Source: Sulfolobaceae archaeon
GTDB lineage: Archaea; Thermoproteota; Thermoprotei_A; Sulfolobales; Sulfolobaceae
Direction of reading: 5' to 3'
Assembly (NCBI GenBank): GCA_038893355.1
Contig: JAWARQ010000005.1
Span: 113,361 to 177,360 of the forward strand
DNA length: 64,000 nucleotides
Positions within the stretch are counted from its first letter, which is position 1; each line of letters begins with the position of its first letter. The translations under genes and the position numbers were made by a program. This document shows positions 58,875 through 64,000 of the stretch, in pieces. The notes beneath the pieces were generated by a model, which saw nothing but the letters and a program-made list of their open reading frames with translations, searched no databases and was not told where the DNA came from.

Positions 58875-60041
58875 ATGTTAGTAGATCTTGAGACTGCAAG
58901 AAAAATCATTGAGGAAAAAGTGAAGGAAAAGTTAAAGACGAAGGTAGTAGATACAATTGATGCAGTTGGAAGGATAGCAGCAGAAGATATAGTTTCTACA
59001 AGGAACATTCCAGAAAGAGATCTTTCGGCAATGGATGGATTTGCTTTTAGATTAGAGGATTATATCAAATTTAAAAAACTAAAAATAGTCGGAAAAATTT
59101 TTCCTGATACAGATCAAATTCCAATATTAAATGAGGGAGAAGCTTATTATGTTACTACTGGTGCACCTATTCCAAAGAATGCAGATACTGTAGTCCGGTT
59201 TGAGGCTAGTAAGGTTATTAACGAGTACCTCTACGTTGGTGAAGAGGTATTTAAAGGAAAGGACATTAGACCTGCTGGAGATGATGTAAAGGCAGGTGAA
59301 ATTGTAATTCATAAAGGTAAGCAAATAACTCCCTATGATATAGGTATTCTGTATAGAATTGGTGTTAAAAATTTAAAGATAATATATTATACTTCTTGTA
59401 TATTTGCAATTGGTGATGAACTAAAACCTTTTAATGATGTAGATAATAGTGGTATTACTGATTCGATTTCACCAATAATTTTAACTATTTTAAAAAAATT
59501 CGGAGAGGCTAAATATCTTGGAGTAGTAAATGATGATCCAAAAAAGATAGAAGAGAAATTAATGGAAGCTGTGGAATTCTGTGATATAATATTTACAATT
59601 GGTGGATCCTCAGTAGGTGAGCATGATTATGTAAAAAGAGTAGTTAGAAATAATGGCGAACTATTATTTGAAGGTGTAACTGTTAATGTTTTAAAGAGAG
59701 GAGGTGTTGGTATTATTAATGATAAACCAATAGTAATTCTACCCGGCCAGGTTGTTTCTGCAGTAACAACATTTCATGAGCATGGCTTAAATGTTATTTC
59801 GAAAATGTGTAAAATTCCATTAAGAAAGACTATTAAGGTAAAACTTGGGACTGATGTAGAAGTTAGGCATAAGATGGATTCATTATATCTATTTGTATCA
59901 CAAGGAGAATACGTGTTACCATTAAGGTGGGGTGTTGGTCTATATAGTGAAATTACGAAAGCGGATTCATTTGGTATACTAAAGAGAGATAGAGTATATC
60001 GAAAAGGTGATGAAATTGAAGTACAAAAACTCCTTTTATGA
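58875..60041 (+). CDS. moeA: Molybdopterin molybdotransferase
   Basis: SAMDGFA, TGAPIP, GDEL, GGSSVG, LPG. Confidence 0.93.
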   Translation: MLVDLETARKIIEEKVKEKLKTKVVDTIDAVGRIAAEDIVSTRNIPERDLSAMDGFAFRLEDYIKFKKLKIVGKIFPDTDQIPILNEGEAYYVTTGAPIPKNADTVVRFEASKVINEYLYVGEEVFKGKDIRPAGDDVKAGEIVIHKGKQITPYDIGILYRIGVKNLKIIYYTSCIFAIGDELKPFNDVDNSGITDSISPIILTILKKFGEAKYLGVVNDDPKKIEEKLMEAVEFCDIIFTIGGSSVGEHDYVKRVVRNNGELLFEGVTVNVLKRGGVGIINDKPIVILPGQVVSAVTTFHEHGLNVISKMCKIPLRKTIKVKLGTDVEVRHKMDSLYLFVSQGEYVLPLRWGVGLYSEITKADSFGILKRDRVYRKGDEIEVQKLLL

Positions 60042-60681
60042 TACTATAATATTAGCTGGAGGTAGATCTAAAAGATTTGGTTCTCAAAAATGCTGCTTTA
60101 ACTTCTTAGGTAAACCATTAATAGAATGGGTTTTAAAGGAGTTCGATTCGCCTACCGTAGTATGTAAGAGAGAAGTTATAAGCTGCATATCAGATATAGA
60201 AAATGTTAGAATTTATATTGAAGGCGATAATGATTTTCAAGGTCCTATAAATGCAATTAAAAAAGTATTAAATTATATTAAATTTGATAATGTATTTATA
60301 ACAGGATGTGATTATCCTTTTATAAAGAAAGGTATAGCCGATATTTTATGTTCAAGAGATGGTGAAATAAGAATATTATTTGATGGTGATTTTCAGCCTT
60401 TGATAGCATGTTATTCTACTAATTTTTTAAGAAAAAATATAAACCATATTTATAAAATGAAAGATTTGCTAAAATTAGCTAAAGAGATTTATCTTCTAGG
60501 TATTAATGAAATAAGGTTAATAGATCCTACACTTAACTCTATTAAAAACATTAATACAATTGATGACTTTTTTCAAAAAAATAAGAATTATACTATAAGT
60601 AGATTTATTGAGATGAGAAATGTGGAATACTCTTCTATATATAAAAATGTGGAATACTTTAAGGAGAGCTATAATCAGTAG
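60007..60681 (+). CDS. mobA: Molybdenum cofactor guanylyltransferase
   Basis: ILAGGRSKRFG, GP, CDYP, NINT. Confidence 0.88.
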   Translation: MMKLKYKNSFYDTIILAGGRSKRFGSQKCCFNFLGKPLIEWVLKEFDSPTVVCKREVISCISDIENVRIYIEGDNDFQGPINAIKKVLNYIKFDNVFITGCDYPFIKKGIADILCSRDGEIRILFDGDFQPLIACYSTNFLRKNINHIYKMKDLLKLAKEIYLLGINEIRLIDPTLNSIKNINTIDDFFQKNKNYTISRFIEMRNVEYSSIYKNVEYFKESYNQ

Positions 60682-60875
60682 TATCAATATATACATATAG
60701 AAAAATGAAAATCTTTTAGTAATATCCAAGCATAAAATAAATGATTGTAAATTTTTTAGTAATATAATAGTAGCAATAATATGAAAGACTATACTACAAG
60801 TTATGATACTGTTTTGCAAAAATGGAATTAGAAACATTTATAATTTCTAAAATGAGTAATGTAATTAGATCTAAT

Positions 60876-60947
60876 ATGGCAAAGAAGAAGAAGGAAGAAC
60901 AACAAAGCGGTCAACAACAGCAACAGCAACAACAGAAGAAGAAGTGA
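60876..60947 (+). CDS. Putative Lys/poly-Gln micropeptide (23 aa)
   Basis: MAKKKKEEQQSGQQQQQQQQKKK; mixed CAA/CAG codons; TTTATAA upstream, T-run after the stop. Confidence 0.55.
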   Translation: MAKKKKEEQQSGQQQQQQQQKKK

Positions 60948-61008
60948 AATTTTTAACGTCATATAAAAAGGGATATTTATATTTTTTCCCCTTTTTAAAT
61001 ATTACTTA

Positions 61009-61476
61009 ATGCTTGTACCATTTGTACCTACACCACCAGAAGTAGCAGAGGCAATGTTAGACTGTGCAAAAGCCTCTAAGGAAGATATAGTTGTAGATTT
61101 GGGGTCAGGTGATGGTATAATTCTCTATATAGCTAAAAAGAAATTTAATGTTAGATTAGCTGTAGGTATTGAATTAAGGCAAGATCTATGTCGCAACTCG
61201 TATAAGGAAAAGAAAAACTATATAGAAGTAATTTGTGGAGATATGATTTACCTTTCCCCAATTATAATACCTAAAGCTACGATAATTACAACGTACTTAT
61301 CTACTATAACTAATGAGAAGATAGAACCCTTATTATTAAAATATGGGAAAAAAGGATTAAGGATAGTTTCTCATGATTTTGTGTTTCCAAATCTAAAGTA
61401 TTATGAAACAAGAAGGGTAATTGCTGAAGGTGTATTAGGACCTACAGAGCACTACGTATATTGTTATAGGTTATAG
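61009..61476 (+). CDS. aKMT/Dot1-like SAM-dependent (protein-lysine) methyltransferase paralog
   Basis: VPFVPTP, DLGSGDG, GIE, RIVSHDF. Confidence 0.75.
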   Translation: MLVPFVPTPPEVAEAMLDCAKASKEDIVVDLGSGDGIILYIAKKKFNVRLAVGIELRQDLCRNSYKEKKNYIEVICGDMIYLSPIIIPKATIITTYLSTITNEKIEPLLLKYGKKGLRIVSHDFVFPNLKYYETRRVIAEGVLGPTEHYVYCYRL

Positions 61477-61487
61477 GCGAAAGGGAA

Positions 61488-62159
61488 ATGAAAGTATGTG
61501 CAATGTACTCTGGCGGAAAAGATAGTACGTATTCCATACATTGGGCAATATTAGAAGGAATGAATGTAATATGTACTATAACTATAATACCTAAATTTGA
61601 GGATTCTTGGATGTTTCAATCAATTAATGTAGAATTTAGTAAATATCCTGCAGAAGCAATGGGAATTTATGATCATATATTTATTAGGGGGAGTGGTTAT
61701 AAAGATACAGAACTTGATGATTTAAGAAAAGCACTACTGGAGGCAAAAAAGAGGAAAATAGAAGGGATTGTTACGGGGGCATTAAGATCAGATTATCAGA
61801 GGCTTAACATAAATCTTATAGCAGAGGAATTTGGATTAAAAGTATTTTCACCATTATGGAGAAAAAATCAAGAAAAGTATTTGAGGGATCTAGTAGAGGA
61901 AGGGTTTAAATTTATAATAACTTCTGCGTCTGCATATGGTTTTCCATTAGAACTCGTAGGCAAGGAGATTACGCGTGATGATGTGGAAATGATAATAGAA
62001 GCTGCAAGAAAGTATGGATTTAATCCGGCATTCGAAGGAGGTGAGGCTGAGACATTTGTTATCGATGCACCATTATTTAAGAGAAGACTTAAAGTAGTTG
62101 GTAAATTAATAAATTTAGGTGAATTTGAACGACGGTTCATAATAGAGAATATACTTTAA
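61488..62159 (+). CDS. dph6: Diphthine--ammonia ligase
   Basis: SGGKDS, GALRSDYQ, PLW, EGGEAETFV. Confidence 0.92.
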   Translation: MKVCAMYSGGKDSTYSIHWAILEGMNVICTITIIPKFEDSWMFQSINVEFSKYPAEAMGIYDHIFIRGSGYKDTELDDLRKALLEAKKRKIEGIVTGALRSDYQRLNINLIAEEFGLKVFSPLWRKNQEKYLRDLVEEGFKFIITSASAYGFPLELVGKEITRDDVEMIIEAARKYGFNPAFEGGEAETFVIDAPLFKRRLKVVGKLINLGEFERRFIIENIL

Positions 62160-63283
62160 TAAACTGCGACTATGCTTTTGATTTTGAAAAAATTTATAAA
62201 AATATTAATATTATTATAAATTTTAATAAAATTGAAAAAATAGGAAATGAAAAAAGTGGAGAAGAGATTGATTGTAAAGGAAAAATTGTAATACCAGGTT
62301 TAGTAAATGCACATACTCATTTATATAGTTTTTCAATTGCTAAATATTACAAAGATATTTATAATGATTTTGAAATTTTTAACTCTAGTGATGAAATGAT
62401 AGAAATGGTTATTCTTGAGATGTTAAGTAATGGAATTACGACATTTATTGATATGGGAACAGATCCAAATATTATAAAAAAATTGGCCGAAATATATAAG
62501 ATAAGAGCATATGCAGGATATTTTATAAATCAGAATAATATAATTACTGAATCAGAGTTCTTTAAACAGATAGTAAATTCCTATCTACCTACTGATGCCG
62601 ATTTATTATCGTCATTAAATATTAATAAACCACTCCACATTAAACTACCGTTCACTAGAAAACAGATATATGAATTTAAAAGAAAATATGGAGTAATGCC
62701 TATAGAATTCTTAAATAAAAATAATTTATTAAATAAAAATATTTATATAAGCAATTTAAGCTGGATAACAAATTGGGAAATAGAAATATTAAAGCAGAAA
62801 AGGCCTTTAACAATTATAACACCTAGCTTTGATTTAAAAAACGCAATCGGTGGCTTTCCGCCTATAAGGGAAATATTAGAAGGCACTAATAATACGTTAG
62901 CAATTGGAACTGATGGTATTTTTGGAAATGAAGCTAATAATCTTATTGAGGAAGGTAAATTGGCATTATTATTCTATAGAAGTTTATATTGGGACCTTGA
63001 TTTATCATATACTGACATTTTTAAAATGCTAACTTATAATGCATATAAAGCTCTTGGGATAAATGCAGGAGTTCTTAGAGAAGGGTATGTAGCAGATTTG
63101 ATAGTTATTAACAAATTTATTAATTTCTCTACTAATAATGTGAATATGGTAATTCGAAATTTATTTACATATTTTAATATAAAAGATATAGAAATAGTGA
63201 TAGTTAATGGTAACTTGTCTTATATTCGAGAAAGGGATTATGAAAAAATAAGAGAGAAAAGAGAAAAATTATCTTACTGGTAA
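62159..63283 (+). CDS. Amidohydrolase (MTA/SAH deaminase-like); no canonical start for the N-terminal part
   Basis: In-frame upstream segment ...EIDCKGKIVIPGLVNAHTH precedes the first ATG (62396); GTDG and GYVADLIV later. Confidence 0.7.
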   Translation: MNCDYAFDFEKIYKNINIIINFNKIEKIGNEKSGEEIDCKGKIVIPGLVNAHTHLYSFSIAKYYKDIYNDFEIFNSSDEMIEMVILEMLSNGITTFIDMGTDPNIIKKLAEIYKIRAYAGYFINQNNIITESEFFKQIVNSYLPTDADLLSSLNINKPLHIKLPFTRKQIYEFKRKYGVMPIEFLNKNNLLNKNIYISNLSWITNWEIEILKQKRPLTIITPSFDLKNAIGGFPPIREILEGTNNTLAIGTDGIFGNEANNLIEEGKLALLFYRSLYWDLDLSYTDIFKMLTYNAYKALGINAGVLREGYVADLIVINKFINFSTNNVNMVIRNLFTYFNIKDIEIVIVNGNLSYIRERDYEKIREKREKLSYW

Positions 63284-64000
63284 CTGATATATTTCCCTGG
63301 ATTCATTATATTCTCTGGATCAAAAAGTCTTTTTATTTCTCTCATTATCTCAAGAACTCGACGGCCATTATGTGAGAGAATTTGAGTCTCTAATAATTTA
63401 GCTTTCTGTATACCTATCCCATGTTCCCCACTTATACTACCACCTATACTTATCGCATAGTTACATAACTCTTCAAAAAACTTAATTGCATCTTCTTTTT
63501 GTTCCTCATCATACATTATTATTGGATGAAGATTACCATCACCTATATGACCTACAGTAGGTGCTATAATATTATATTTTCTTTCTAATTCTCTTATTTT
63601 TCTTATTGCGTCTAGTAATTTATCAATTGGTACAACAATGTCTTCAGTAATTAGAGCCTTACCTAAACTTTTAACTGCTAAGTACGCATATGCTCTAGCC
63701 TTATATAGCTCTTCCTTTTCCTCCTCAGATTCCGCAATTTTAATTTCATCTGCTAAATTATTTAGAATTTTAAGTAATTTATTTAATTGATACTCTGGCA
63801 CATCAATTAAAAGAGCAGCCTTTCCTTTAACTTCTATTCTAAACTGAGTCTTTAATGCATCTAAAATTCGGAAATCCATGTATTCTGCTATTTCTGGCAA
63901 AATCCTCTCCCTCCTAATTCCAATAATAGCCCTAGCAACACTCTCCTCATCGTTAAAATAAGCTAAGATCCTAAAGACCTTATAGTCTGGCAAAGGAATA
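63274..64000 (-). CDS. FAD-linked oxidase (GlcD/D-lactate dehydrogenase family), 5' part outside the window
   Basis: EDIVVP, GHIGDGNLH, GGSISGEHGIG, NPGK. Confidence 0.92.
   Translation of the reverse strand, partial: IPLPDYKVFRILAYFNDEESVARAIIGIRRERILPEIAEYMDFRILDALKTQFRIEVKGKAALLIDVPEYQLNKLLKILNNLADEIKIAESEEEKEELYKARAYAYLAVKSLGKALITEDIVVPIDKLLDAIRKIRELERKYNIIAPTVGHIGDGNLHPIIMYDEEQKEDAIKFFEELCNYAISIGGSISGEHGIGIQKAKLLETQILSHNGRRVLEIMREIKRLFDPENIMNPGKYISYQ

Noticed and set aside
60517-60837. Hydrophobic 106-aa minus-strand ORF
   Set aside because: Overlaps mobA by ~165 nt, has no motif, and its composition is that expected from AT-rich antisense; cannot be supported

Overview
AT-rich (roughly 30% GC by eye), gene-dense core chromosome segment of a Sulfolobales crenarchaeon. 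The left ~40 kb is a housekeeping block: riboflavin genes, PCNA, split MetE, uS15, eS6, aIF2-gamma, Rpo7/Spt4, Cdc48, reverse gyrase, eS25, TrmI, A-ATPase subunits, KEOPS, Thi4, EndA, GlyRS, Rpo12, aIF1 and TFB. It is followed by Nbp35, a lone HerA-like ATPase, tRNA-Trp with an intron, SRP RNA, a cobalamin (cbi) cluster, Moco genes and Dph6. I found no transposase, integrase, CRISPR array or defence island. The most interesting signals are missing from the ORF track: (i) three box C/D guide RNAs with readable targets (16S C1402; 16S helix 18; tRNA-Glu U34); (ii) three genes whose reading frames extend upstream of any ATG/GTG/TTG and which appear to start at AUA overlapping the upstream stop codon; (iii) a duplicated start region and uORFs in front of the start-codon fidelity factor aIF1; (iv) a Lys/poly-Gln micropeptide ORF in front of a lysine-methyltransferase paralog; (v) a ~143-nt fold-back element next to tRNA-Gln. 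All family assignments and RNA targets come from motif recognition and recalled sequences; no searches were run.
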